Positions 20,609 to 28,875 of a DNA stretch of 58,499 bases are shown piece by piece; position 1 is the first letter of the stretch; every line of letters begins with the position of its first letter. The notes under the pieces are model-generated. The model saw only the letters and a list, made by a program, of their open reading frames with translations. It searched no databases and had not been told where the DNA came from. The stretch covers positions 1 to 58,499 of IMG/VR virus record IMGVR_UViG_3300022744_000032; one strand, written 5' to 3'. Made by a program: the position numbers and the translations under genes. Source of the DNA: a virus. Taxonomy: Duplodnaviria; Caudoviricetes.

Positions 20609-21042
20609 TACTTCGCTCCTGCAGCGGCAGCGTCTTCGGCCGCCTTTGCGGCGCGCGCAGCACGGGCCGCGGTCAGCGCTTCCTTGAACCGCTCGTTCAG
20701 GGCACCGCGGGCGGGCAACGCCAGGACAGGCAGATTGTTGTCAGTGGTTTCGTGCGCGCCGAACTGGCGCAGGAGAGCGGCATCTTCGTGGTCAGGGCTT
20801 GCGTAATACACGGCACCTTGCCCGTTGCTGATCGGGACTTCGCGGAAGGTGGCAGCTACCTGCGCCGCCTTGGCTGCATCGCCCTGCGCCTTGAGCGCAT
20901 CCAGGTCCAGGGTCGTGGCGGGAGCTGCAGCTGTGGCTACTGCAGCCGGGGCTGCGCCATTGACCGCTTCATCGACCTTGTCCATGAGGCTTTTCTTCGC
21001 GGCCAGTGCGGCGGCGGCATTCTCGATCGTCGGATCGGCCAT
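20608..21042 (-). CDS. Hypothetical protein, divergent member of paralog family A
   Basis: First gene of late arm; EVPISNGQGAV...LRQFG. Confidence 0.65.
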   Translation of the reverse strand: MADPTIENAAAALAAKKSLMDKVDEAVNGAAPAAVATAAAPATTLDLDALKAQGDAAKAAQVAATFREVPISNGQGAVYYASPDHEDAALLRQFGAHETTDNNLPVLALPARGALNERFKEALTAARAARAAKAAEDAAAAGAK

Positions 21043-21057
21043 GGAAATTCCCCACAG

Positions 21058-21100
21058 TATAGGTGATACCTATTTTATGCAGGGTTGGCGGGGAATGCAA
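21058..21100 (-). promoter_or_regulatory. Sigma70-like late promoter overlapped by operator
   Basis: -35 TTGCAT (21100-21095), 17 bp spacer, -10 TAAAAT (21077-21072); operator TATAGG-TGATA-CCTATT 21058-21074. Confidence 0.7.
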
Positions 21101-21106
21101 CTGGTG

Positions 21107-21312
21107 CATGTCCAGGAAGAGGGTCCATGTCCAAGAAGAGGGTCCATGTCCATGTCCATGTCCATGTCCATGTCCATGTCCATGTCCATGTCCAGGAAGA
21201 TGGCCCATGTCCAGGAAGATGGTCCATGTCCAGGAAGATGGTCCATGTCCAGGAAGATGGTCCATGTCCAGGAAGATGGTCCATGTCCAGGAAGATGGTC
21301 CATGTCCATGTC
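21107..21312. repeat. Composite tandem repeat: eight 19-mers (CATGTCCAGGAAGATGGTC) plus extra CATGTC hexamers
   Basis: Two 19-mers, 7 extra hexamers, six 19-mers, 2 hexamers; read directly. Confidence 0.95.
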
Positions 21313-21515
21313 AAATGTAGGGTTATTTCCTTATGAAAAAAATTTCATAAATTTTTGTGTGAGTTGTGGTTGTGCACTTCGTAGCCGTAGCGGCAGTGAC
21401 AATGGACGAAGGGCAACAACCTATGTCATGGATCAGGAATTTGAACCTAGTCTTTTAGGATCCATATAGGGGGTTTTTATTTTTAGACAATATCGTCTAT
21501 CACAGGAGAAATAAC

Positions 21516-21785
21516 ATGGCTACTCTTCACATGATCGTTATCATTTTCGTTGTCGTTACCCACATCGTTGGCACGCTGGCTGGTATCAGCCTTATGCAAC
21601 TGCAAGGCAACAAACCGCGGAAATGGATGGCCATCGCAAACCCACTGTGTCTCGCTGGCTATGTGGCCCTCAGCTACCACTGGCTGGCAGCAGGGATCGT
21701 GATCTCGATCCTGTCCATTATCGGCCTCCTCGGCACTGACGCAGTAATCAATGCGGTCAAAGCAATGAACGCCGCCAAGGCATGA
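21516..21785 (+). CDS. Early membrane protein
   Basis: RBS CAGGAG; hydrophobic segments. Confidence 0.7.
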   Translation: MATLHMIVIIFVVVTHIVGTLAGISLMQLQGNKPRKWMAIANPLCLAGYVALSYHWLAAGIVISILSIIGLLGTDAVINAVKAMNAAKA

Positions 21786-21844
21786 CCAACTGCCCCCGCA
21801 TAGGGGGCTTTTGTCCATGGACCATTATCCATGAGGCAACCACC

Positions 21845-22129
21845 ATGAACCGTCAACGCAAAGTCGAATCCTATTATTTCACCACCAAATCCGTGCAAGC
21901 ATCCGACGGGAACCAGTACATGCACACGGTCCTTGTCAACAAGCACAACCCGGCGGAAGCCTGGATGCACTTGTTCGGCGGCGACGCCGAGGACATGGAC
22001 AGGCTCCAGAATGCTATCAAGGCGCGCGGGTGGTTCAACACGAAATGCGGCTGGAAACAGCTGCGCGTGCCCTTGATGGCAGTACCCACTACTACCCCAC
22101 AGGGTGAGCAACTATCGTTAAACCTGTAG
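21845..22129 (+). CDS. Early hypothetical protein
   Basis: RBS GAGG before ATG 21845. Confidence 0.7.
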   Translation: MNRQRKVESYYFTTKSVQASDGNQYMHTVLVNKHNPAEAWMHLFGGDAEDMDRLQNAIKARGWFNTKCGWKQLRVPLMAVPTTTPQGEQLSLNL

Positions 22130-22201
22130 CCACACAGAGCGATATCCAAGGCCCCTGATAGGGGGTTCTTGGTCATGGTCAATTAACCACGGAGAATTGC
22201 C

Positions 22202-22492
22202 ATGATTATTATCCCTATCATTCATACGGTTTTTATTATCGTGCTCATGTTCAGTGTCAAGTCCGAGAAACACGGTCGGTGGCTCTTGCGCTGGGCCATG
22301 AACAACATGATCACGTTCGAGGTCCTTGTCGGGCTATTCCTCGCATCAACACTCGGCGCGTTTGGCGGCGTGTTAGGCGTCTCGGAAGCGTCCATTGTCA
22401 TGGGCATGCTCTTCATCGCGAACCGCATCATCGGATACGGCTATCGCAACATCGAAACACTGAAACAGGAATGGAACAATGCCCCCGACTAG
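22202..22492 (+). CDS. Early membrane protein
   Basis: RBS GGAG; hydrophobic segments. Confidence 0.7.
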   Translation: MIIIPIIHTVFIIVLMFSVKSEKHGRWLLRWAMNNMITFEVLVGLFLASTLGAFGGVLGVSEASIVMGMLFIANRIIGYGYRNIETLKQEWNNAPD

Positions 22493-22599
22493 GGGGCTCT
22501 TGTCCATGGACATGAACATGTTCCACGACCACAACCCCGCACCCCGTAGGCGCCGAAACGACGGCGGAAATAGGTAGTTTCGAAACGATTTTACACTTT

Positions 22600-22830
22600 C
22601 GTATCGTAATACATCTGTTACCCTACTTTTTTCAACAAAAACAACGCGGTAACGGTAACAGATAAAACACCTCCCTACACATGAGACATGGATAAGGATA
22701 TGCACCCTTACCTCAGATAAAAAAATATATCTCTCTCCTATAAGAGTATGCATTTTTATCTGTTATCTGTTACCGCCTTTAGAATCAATCACTTACCGGT
22801 AACAGATGTTTTCATCTGTTACCCAATTTG
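22600..22830. other. Candidate replication origin (iteron-like 10-mers plus IHF site)
   Basis: ATCTGTTACC at 22613, 22765, 22814; inverted GGTAACAGAT at 22654, 22798; AATCAATCACTTA (22783-22795) fits the IHF consensus; AT-rich non-coding. Confidence 0.55.
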
Positions 22831-22992
22831 CTTGCTCTCCAGGTAAGGAACCACTAACGCACTAAAATAGGGCATTTTCTGCGGCAAATACGTAGCCGTA
22901 CGGTGTCCCAATACCCCTACAGTGTAGTAGGACATTGCAGTGCAATAGGGGGCTTTTATTTATGGTCAATTCCGGCCATTCAGGAGATTTTT

Positions 22993-23082
22993 ATGCCAAT
23001 CGACATCAACGTGGTCATCGACCAGATCGAAGAAAACGGCCCAGAATCCGTGGAACATTACCTCGACGAGGTCGAGATCTAG
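22993..23082 (+). CDS. 29-aa acidic early peptide
   Basis: MPIDINVVIDQIEENGPESVEHYLDEVEI; RBS CAGGAG; flanked by two TAGGGGG elements. Confidence 0.65.
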   Translation: MPIDINVVIDQIEENGPESVEHYLDEVEI

Positions 23083-23139
23083 CACCACACCAAGGCCCCC
23101 GAATAGGGGGTTTTTGGTCATGTCATTCACATAGGAGAT

Positions 23140-23523
23140 ATGACCGTGGGCCTTTCACTTTCACTCCGTATCGACGCTATTACCACTAACTACGAAGAGC
23201 CGCTGGCGAGCGACCCGTTCTGGCAAGAAGATCAACGCCTCGACAACGTGTATGGAACAACATCGCGTATCCGGAATCTGATAACCCACTTAACTGGTTC
23301 CGTCTTTCGCCCGAATGTCCACATCGCCAGCAGCGATGACACTGGCGAGTTCATTTTCGAGGATATCCACACAGGAATTGCCGCCCTAAAAGAGCTGCAA
23401 TACTTCCCGATGCTGGAAGCAATCATCCCGCTACTTCGTTATTACGAGCGCCTGAATCTTATTGATTCGGCGAACAGTGATTACTACACCACTAGATACC
23501 GCCTTGTTGTTTGTTACCACTAA
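23140..23523 (+). CDS. Early hypothetical protein
   Basis: RBS TAGGAG; bounded by TAGGGGG elements. Confidence 0.65.
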   Translation: MTVGLSLSLRIDAITTNYEEPLASDPFWQEDQRLDNVYGTTSRIRNLITHLTGSVFRPNVHIASSDDTGEFIFEDIHTGIAALKELQYFPMLEAIIPLLRYYERLNLIDSANSDYYTTRYRLVVCYH

Positions 23524-23577
23524 CCCCTTAGGGGGTTTTTGGTCATGGGCAATGTCGCCTATCACAGGAGAACCATC

Positions 23578-24483
23578 ATGCAAACTATCCATATCAATCA
23601 CATCCTTGACGCTGCTGTCGAGAACCTCGACGGCTATCCGAAAACCAGCATGGCCTACGCCATCCTGAGCTTCGGCGTGAGCCAGGCAATGTTCCCGCTG
23701 GTCAAAGGCTGGAGCGCACGCAACACAGACGATGAACAGCGTTCGTACCAAGGTATCGCACTCGCCGCGTGGGCCGCCATGGAACTGCCGGTCGCACAAC
23801 GCCGTGAAAGCATCCTGAACGCGATCACGAACTATCTGGAGTACAGCAAACGCCCTGCCGTGGATGGAGCCAAAATCGGCGACGCGTGTGACTGGGCACT
23901 GGCCGGTACCCAGCAGAGCATCTTCGGTGACACGACACAGGACGTGATCCATGTCAATAACAACCGCGAGCAAGCCGTTGAGAAACGCATCGTGGAAAAC
24001 GCCGCCGCGTGGACACACCAGATCCTGATGGCCATCGAGGGGCAGATGACCGCCCATACCGATGCACCACTGGGACTGGAGCCACAAACGCTGAAAAACC
24101 TGTGCGAGCGTCTGTACAACAAGGCACGGATACTGACCGTGGACGCGCAGGCGTTCATTGTCCGTACTCACCAGCGGGTGAACACGGGCAAGGTCATGCC
24201 CAGCAAGGCCCACGGCATGCTGGAAAATATCGCAACCGCGAAACTCACCCTGGGTGCGCTGGAAACGATTGGCAAGACCATGGACGCGGAGTATGCCCGG
24301 CTTGAGGAAATCCTCGAGCGCCAAGGTAACGACGACAGTGCACTGGCTGAACAGGGTGCACAGGCGTTCCGCGACAGCGTGGACATGGAGCAATTCATTG
24401 AAACGCACGCGTTGAATGGTGACGCGATCGGGAAAAACTACGTGACCGGTCGCCCACGTCCTGAACAGATCGTGCAGCATTAA
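23578..24483 (+). CDS. Early hypothetical protein (301 aa, helical)
   Basis: RBS CAGGAG before ATG 23578. Confidence 0.75.
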   Translation: MQTIHINHILDAAVENLDGYPKTSMAYAILSFGVSQAMFPLVKGWSARNTDDEQRSYQGIALAAWAAMELPVAQRRESILNAITNYLEYSKRPAVDGAKIGDACDWALAGTQQSIFGDTTQDVIHVNNNREQAVEKRIVENAAAWTHQILMAIEGQMTAHTDAPLGLEPQTLKNLCERLYNKARILTVDAQAFIVRTHQRVNTGKVMPSKAHGMLENIATAKLTLGALETIGKTMDAEYARLEEILERQGNDDSALAEQGAQAFRDSVDMEQFIETHALNGDAIGKNYVTGRPRPEQIVQH

Positions 24484-24556
24484 CCTCCAACCGAGCAGCG
24501 CCCCTGAATAGGGGGCGTTTGCTCATGGTCACTTTCGACCATACAGGAGATATATT

Positions 24557-24778
24557 ATGAAACATTTCGTGAAATTCAGATTGGCACTGGCAGCTGCCTT
24601 GTTAGGGCGCACTGCCGCCATGGCAGTCGTGGTCCGTGTCAATGGCGAGATCATTGCCGTGACGTTTACCTCGTCCGTGTGGCACGCCGCGTCCGTCAGT
24701 GCAGCGACGGAACTGTACGGCACCAAAGACCCGGACATGAACCCGGACAAGCAACCGTCAGACACGCTAGCTGCGTGA
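24557..24778 (+). CDS. Early hypothetical protein
   Basis: RBS CAGGAG. Confidence 0.65.
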   Translation: MKHFVKFRLALAAALLGRTAAMAVVVRVNGEIIAVTFTSSVWHAASVSAATELYGTKDPDMNPDKQPSDTLAA

Positions 24779-24791
24779 GGAGGACACAGCG

Positions 24792-24992
24792 ATGTTCGAC
24801 ACAAGCTGGAAAGGCACCCTATACCGGATCCTGCTCGGAATGGCGCTGTTTTTCATCATCCCGATCACCCTGAAACTGACCGCGTACTTGCTTGGCGGCA
24901 TGGCCGCGGTCGTGATCACGGGCGGGATACTAATCGGTGGCATCTACGCCATGATGCCGCGTACTGAAACTGACACGAGGAAACCATCATGA
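24792..24992 (+). CDS. Small membrane protein
   Basis: RBS GAGGAGG; two hydrophobic segments. Confidence 0.65.
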   Translation: MFDTSWKGTLYRILLGMALFFIIPITLKLTAYLLGGMAAVVITGGILIGGIYAMMPRTETDTRKPS

Positions 24993-25321
24993 AACATCCA
25001 ACTTATACGCCGGCAACATTGAAAGAGTCCATGGTCAGTGACACGAGCGGGCTTGTGGCCGCAAGTCTCCTGATCGGCGCGGTGCTCTTCCCCGAGGTGG
25101 CCATGGGGACGATCCTCGGACTCGGCATGGCGCAGGCCACTCGTAGTACCTACCGTCTGGCGCGCGCAGGCATCACGTTGTATAAACTGAACAAACAACC
25201 GGCTGAACGCCATGAGGTGGACCATGAAACTGACCATGACATCAACCCTGTTATTGTGCCTGCTATCCCTCGCCGCCGGGGAACAACTCGGCGAACAAAA
25301 GAAACAGCAGCAATTCACTGA
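24989..25321 (+). CDS. Hypothetical membrane protein
   Basis: ATGA coupling to upstream gene. Confidence 0.6.
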   Translation: MKHPTYTPATLKESMVSDTSGLVAASLLIGAVLFPEVAMGTILGLGMAQATRSTYRLARAGITLYKLNKQPAERHEVDHETDHDINPVIVPAIPRRRGTTRRTKETAAIH

Positions 25322-25649
25322 CCAGCTCATGGACACGGCCCATAACACGGCCGCGGAAGTATTCAACAAACAGCTGGCCGCGCAACTGGCTACGGCCAGT
25401 GGATACCGCGTGGTTGTCCAGAGGGATAGGCAGTCTGGTGACATGGTCACGTACGTGAAACCCTACACGCTATCGCACGTGGAAACCAGGGACAAAACGC
25501 CACAAGTCAGTCTGGAGCAGCATGAGATGGTGTGCTACTCCGCTGCGGTGGACAGCGACCTGACCCGTGCCGCATTGGCTGCCTACAAGGAAACGTACGG
25601 AGATAAACCCCCGACACCGAAACAGCCGGTAACACCTTCTTCACTCTGA
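25224..25649 (+). CDS. Hypothetical exported protein
   Basis: RBS GAGGTG; N-terminal signal-like stretch. Confidence 0.6.
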   Translation: MKLTMTSTLLLCLLSLAAGEQLGEQKKQQQFTDQLMDTAHNTAAEVFNKQLAAQLATASGYRVVVQRDRQSGDMVTYVKPYTLSHVETRDKTPQVSLEQHEMVCYSAAVDSDLTRAALAAYKETYGDKPPTPKQPVTPSSL

Positions 25650-25687
25650 CCGAAACCCCCCGCTTGGGGGGTATTCGTCATTTTCCA

Positions 25688-25717
25688 TTGACAAGGAATA
25701 TAGGCACTGCCTATTAT
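25688..25717 (+). promoter_or_regulatory. Sigma70-like promoter overlapped by operator; reads toward the cassette array
   Basis: TTGACA, 18 bp spacer, TATTAT; operator TATAGG-CACTG-CCTATT 25699-25715. Confidence 0.7.
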
Positions 25718-25745
25718 CCGCGCACATTCACAGGAGACCCATCCC

Positions 25746-25958
25746 ATGTCAGAAAATGAATTCTGGTTAAAACTCTGGCTAGCCTGCATCGCGGGCCTTG
25801 TCGCAATCGTTGTCATTATTTCAACATATCAGTATTACGACGACCATCTCGTTGTCCAGATGGTAGAACATGGCGCAGATCCACTAAAAACACGCTGCAT
25901 TATGGGTAACATAACTACTAACATGTTACCCATATGCACCCTTATCGCGACCCATTGA
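25746..25958 (+). CDS. Small membrane protein
   Basis: RBS CAGGAG; TM segment and GADPLKTRC motif. Confidence 0.65.
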   Translation: MSENEFWLKLWLACIAGLVAIVVIISTYQYYDDHLVVQMVEHGADPLKTRCIMGNITTNMLPICTLIATH

Positions 25959-25959
25959 C

Positions 25960-26160
25960 ATGGACACTACCCTGAGGCTATGCAGGAACTGTAAATACTG
26001 GGGACGCGACTACAAAGGCGTCTGCGACTTTCCAGAAGAAACAAACATCAAAAATTCCGAACACGCATTTATTCGCATCACTGTACTCGATGATTCTGAT
26101 TTGAATATTTTTCTTCATACCGGACCAGACTTCGGCTGCGTTAAATTCCAGGAGAAATAG
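25960..26160 (+). CDS. Small Cys-rich phage protein
   Basis: CRNCKYW...GVC...TGPDFGCVKF. Confidence 0.65.
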   Translation: MDTTLRLCRNCKYWGRDYKGVCDFPEETNIKNSEHAFIRITVLDDSDLNIFLHTGPDFGCVKFQEK

Positions 26161-26161
26161 T

Positions 26162-26377
26162 ATGAGCATGTACGACATTGAAATTAAAACCGAAAAGCTT
26201 GAAGAAGTATTGAAAACGCTGGCAGACGAAACTGGCGGCAGGTGCTTGGAGACTTCCGTTTTCGTCGGTGCTATACACGGTAAGCCAATACGCTTGACTG
26301 TAATGACAGCGGAAGAAGCAGAGGATTCACACGAATATGACGAAACAGACACTAGATACAACTGCATTGACGCATAA
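26162..26377 (+). CDS. Acidic hypothetical protein (probable cassette remnant)
   Basis: Stop TAA lies in the attC R' box at 26372-26378. Confidence 0.65.
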   Translation: MSMYDIEIKTEKLEEVLKTLADETGGRCLETSVFVGAIHGKPIRLTVMTAEEAEDSHEYDETDTRYNCIDA

Positions 26378-26427
26378 CACCGGAATTCAGCGGCGGCGAA
26401 GCCGTCCGCTGGAATGACTTGTTATGC
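26372..26427 (-). repeat. attC site 1
   Basis: - strand GCATAAC-AAGTC-ATTCCAGC...GCTGAAT-TCCGGT-GTTATGC. Confidence 0.85.
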
Positions 26428-26446
26428 GTAATGTATTGGGGTTTTT

Positions 26447-26719
26447 ATGATCGTTGGCGTAGCGGTAAAGTTTGGAGATAGCATAGAAGTGCGATTGCCG
26501 AAACCAAACCGGCATTGCCACTGCTTTTGGTATTTTGCTGAAGTAACAGGACTGGAAACTCCGCCAGCAGGATTAAAGACTGGCGGAGAAAATCAAGGCT
26601 TTTATACGCACACAGGGCGATACCTTAACAGGAAGCAGGCTTTGAAGTATGTGAAGAGAATCAAGCAGCCTGTTATTGGAAAGCCAAGAGCACATTTATT
26701 CAGTGAGGATTTGTGGTGA
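26447..26719 (+). CDS. Cassette ORF, phage-type hypothetical
   Basis: RHCH...QGFYTHTGRYLNRKQA...LFSEDLW pattern. Confidence 0.75.
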   Translation: MIVGVAVKFGDSIEVRLPKPNRHCHCFWYFAEVTGLETPPAGLKTGGENQGFYTHTGRYLNRKQALKYVKRIKQPVIGKPRAHLFSEDLW

Positions 26720-26823
26720 TGTACGGCGACGACGCTTGGAAAGTTTTAGAGATTATCAGCTATATAGTTGGAGTGCTTGCGCTGATTGGAATATATGCAC
26801 TTGGCAAATGGTTATTTACATGA
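26719..26823 (+). CDS. Cassette ORF, 34-aa single-TM peptide
   Basis: MYGDDAWKVLEIISYIVGVLALIGIYALGKWLFT; TGATG coupling. Confidence 0.55.
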   Translation: MYGDDAWKVLEIISYIVGVLALIGIYALGKWLFT

Positions 26824-26824
26824 C

Positions 26825-26900
26825 GCATAACACAGAGGCAAGCCGCTGGCGAAGCCAGTCGAGCGAATGAAATGAGCGGCGCTTGGCCGACTTGTTATGT
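26825..26900 (-). repeat. attC site 2
   Basis: ACATAAC-AAGTC-GGCCAAGC...GCTTGCC-TCTGT-GTTATGC. Confidence 0.85.
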
Positions 26901-26928
26901 ACAAACACAAAAGTTGAGAGGTTTTGAA

Positions 26929-27279
26929 ATGATCACACAACACACACCGGAGCCGTGGCCAGAGTTTAAGAAAGTGCTAAACCAGCGTTTTGGCGAGCCG
27001 CCACAGATGATGCTTGACGAAATAGACTACATCCGCGCCCGTGCCTGCGTGAACGCATGCGCAGGATTGAGCACCGAGAATCTGGAGAATAACATTCTGC
27101 TAAAGGATGGGCTGCATAGCCTCAATCAGCGCATAAGAGACGCGGAACAAAAGCATGCAGAGCTGCTTAAAGCTGTCGAGCTTGCGTATTCGGCACTCGG
27201 GTTGCCCGCTGCACGTGGATATATGGAGGCGCAGCACATACTGGAAACGGCAATTTGCGCGGCGAAAGAAAGTACATAA
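26929..27279 (+). CDS. Cassette ORF, HTPEPW...ACVNACAG phage protein
   Basis: RBS GAGAGG; stop in attC R' box. Confidence 0.75.
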   Translation: MITQHTPEPWPEFKKVLNQRFGEPPQMMLDEIDYIRARACVNACAGLSTENLENNILLKDGLHSLNQRIRDAEQKHAELLKAVELAYSALGLPAARGYMEAQHILETAICAAKEST

Positions 27280-27327
27280 CCCAGAGCTAACCGGCGCGAA
27301 GCGTCCGAGTTGAGCGCGTTGTTATAC
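27274..27327 (-). repeat. attC site 3
   Basis: GTATAAC-AACGC-GCTCAACT...GGTTAGC-TCTGG-GTTATGT. Confidence 0.85.
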
Positions 27328-27353
27328 GGCATTTTAACCAAGAGGAAAACAAG

Positions 27354-27614
27354 ATGGCAAAGTTTAGAAAGAAACCTGTAGTAATCGAAGCGGTGAAATT
27401 TACCGGAATCAATGAAAGGCTGCACGATGAGCTAAACGAGTTTGTTGGCGCAGAACTTGAGGTGCGCGAATACAATAACTTGCTGTGTCTGGTCATCCCA
27501 ACACTAGAAGGCGAGCATATTGCAACACCAGGAGACTGGATAATTAAGGGCGTGAAAGGCGAGTGCTACCCATGCAAGCCTGACATATTCGCAGCGACAT
27601 ACGATGCCGTATAA
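27354..27614 (+). CDS. Cassette ORF, conserved phage protein
   Basis: FRKKPVVIEA...TLEG...PGDWIIKGVKGECYPCKPDIF. Confidence 0.8.
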   Translation: MAKFRKKPVVIEAVKFTGINERLHDELNEFVGAELEVREYNNLLCLVIPTLEGEHIATPGDWIIKGVKGECYPCKPDIFAATYDAV

Positions 27615-27666
27615 CACTGGAGTTCAAGCGACGCCGTAGGCGGTCGCGTGCAACGACTTGTTATGC
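27609..27666 (-). repeat. attC site 4
   Basis: GCATAAC-AAGTC-GTTGCACG...CTTGAAC-TCCAGT-GTTATAC. Confidence 0.85.
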
Positions 27667-27694
27667 GTAAACATTTTAACGAGAGGAAACAAAT

Positions 27695-27880
27695 ATGACA
27701 CAGCAAGAGTTTGATACAACAAAATGGAAATGCGGAATGAAGGCCGTATATAAAGGAGAAGTATATCCTGTGGCATCGTGTGATTTTGAGGAGCGCCTTG
27801 TTGGACTTTACGGTGTTGCTCTTGGAACAGATGATCATACATGGGTGCGTTGCGAGAATGTGGCGATAGTTGACGCATAA
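27695..27880 (+). CDS. Cassette ORF, hypothetical
   Basis: RBS GAGG; stop in attC R' box. Confidence 0.7.
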   Translation: MTQQEFDTTKWKCGMKAVYKGEVYPVASCDFEERLVGLYGVALGTDDHTWVRCENVAIVDA

Positions 27881-27958
27881 CGACTGAGCTTAGGGGCAGG
27901 CCGACCAACGGGAGGGCTGTCCAGTGGCGAAGCCACGGCCTAGAGCGACTTGTTATGC
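27875..27958 (-). repeat. attC site 5
   Basis: GCATAAC-AAGTC-GCTCTAGG...CCTAAGC-TCAGTC-GTTATGC. Confidence 0.85.
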
Positions 27959-27989
27959 AACACAGAATTTAACTACTAAGGTGAAACAC

Positions 27990-28292
27990 ATGTCAGACCT
28001 ACAGAAAATACCAGAGCCTATTGCGCACATGTTTCCGAGTGATATTGAGAGATTCCGCGAGTCTGAAACATTCGCACAGGCGTATTCTATAGAAGTTGGA
28101 AACCCAAATGAAACCAGCGTGGAACTTTGTTTGCAGAGCGATTTAATTTCCGCTGCTCAGAATAGCCACAAGTTTTTGATGGCACTAAAAGAGGTGCGTA
28201 ATGATGTTGACATGATGATGCGCGGAAGATTTGTGAATCTTGAAGACGTAATTAAAGAGCTTGACGCTGCTATTTCACAGACTGGTGCATAA
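27990..28292 (+). CDS. Cassette ORF, hypothetical
   Basis: RBS AAGGTG; stop in attC R' box. Confidence 0.7.
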   Translation: MSDLQKIPEPIAHMFPSDIERFRESETFAQAYSIEVGNPNETSVELCLQSDLISAAQNSHKFLMALKEVRNDVDMMMRGRFVNLEDVIKELDAAISQTGA

Positions 28293-28334
28293 CCCAGAGC
28301 TAACCGGCTTGTCCGGTTGAGCGAGTTGTTATGC
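28287..28334 (-). repeat. attC site 6 (short, 48 bp)
   Basis: GCATAAC-AACTC-GCTCAACC...GGTTAGC-TCTGG-GTTATGC. Confidence 0.8.
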
Positions 28335-28355
28335 GTTAATAACTACGGAGGATTT

Positions 28356-28499
28356 ATGGAATTTTTTAATTGGCTTAAATGGTTTTTGTACGAATGTAGA
28401 GTGTGTAGGCACGAAGCCGGAGAGTGGAAACATTGCGAGTCTGGTATGAGAAAGATTAGACACTGCAAAAAGTGCGGCAAATGTCTTGATTTAATATGA
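28356..28499 (+). CDS. Cassette ORF, small Cys/His-rich protein
   Basis: CRVCRH...CKKCGK; RBS GGAGG. Confidence 0.65.
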   Translation: MEFFNWLKWFLYECRVCRHEAGEWKHCESGMRKIRHCKKCGKCLDLI

Positions 28500-28500
28500 C

Positions 28501-28575
28501 GCATAACACCGGAGGTAAGCCGTGAACGAGCGAAGCGAAGTCCAGCCGCAGGCGACCTTGATGCGGTTGTTATAC
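28501..28575 (-). repeat. attC site 7
   Basis: GTATAAC-AACCG-CATCAAGG...GCTTACC-TCCGGT-GTTATGC. Confidence 0.75.
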
Positions 28576-28602
28576 GGCCACTAATTACAGGGGATTTACA
28601 CA

Positions 28603-28875
28603 ATGAAAGACGCACCACTTAACGCTCGGATTGAAGATGGTGAACTGGTTATTTCCATCGGTATTGACACTCTATGCCATGCGGTAGAAGTTGGACGAAG
28701 CTACGGAATGGGTGAAATCACGATACACAACAGGGACGTTTTTATTAAAGAGATACTGACTGAGCTTAACGACGAAAGCGAAGACGGCTCGACTATGATT
28801 CACCGGATGCTTGACGATGCTGCATCACAGGCCATCGAAAACGGCGCAGAAGGCGCGGACTACGATGCCGTATAA
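28603..28875 (+). CDS. Cassette ORF, acidic phage protein
   Basis: ELVISIGIDTL...ESEDGST..HRMLDDA; stop in GTT core. Confidence 0.75.
   Translation: MKDAPLNARIEDGELVISIGIDTLCHAVEVGRSYGMGEITIHNRDVFIKEILTELNDESEDGSTMIHRMLDDAASQAIENGAEGADYDAV

Larger units (their letters stand above)
21467..25671 (+). repeat. Dispersed TAGGGGG-(T-rich)-TCATGG element upstream of early genes, mostly as a CCCC-N-TAGGGGG hairpin
   Basis: TAGGGGG at 21467, 21801, 22159, 22490, 22946, 23104, 23529, 24509; variant at 25664; another copy at 30738. Confidence 0.85.

Noticed and set aside
21107-21312. CRISPR array, or real ORFs in the repeat (MSMSMS, CPCPCP, HVHVHV)
   Set aside because: Units are contiguous with no unique spacers and no cas operon is present; the ORFs are artefacts of a stop-free hexamer repeat
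26372-28575. attC sites as simple terminators, or as + strand attC
   Set aside because: No U-tracts; spacer lengths and the extrahelical base fit canonical attC only on the - strand
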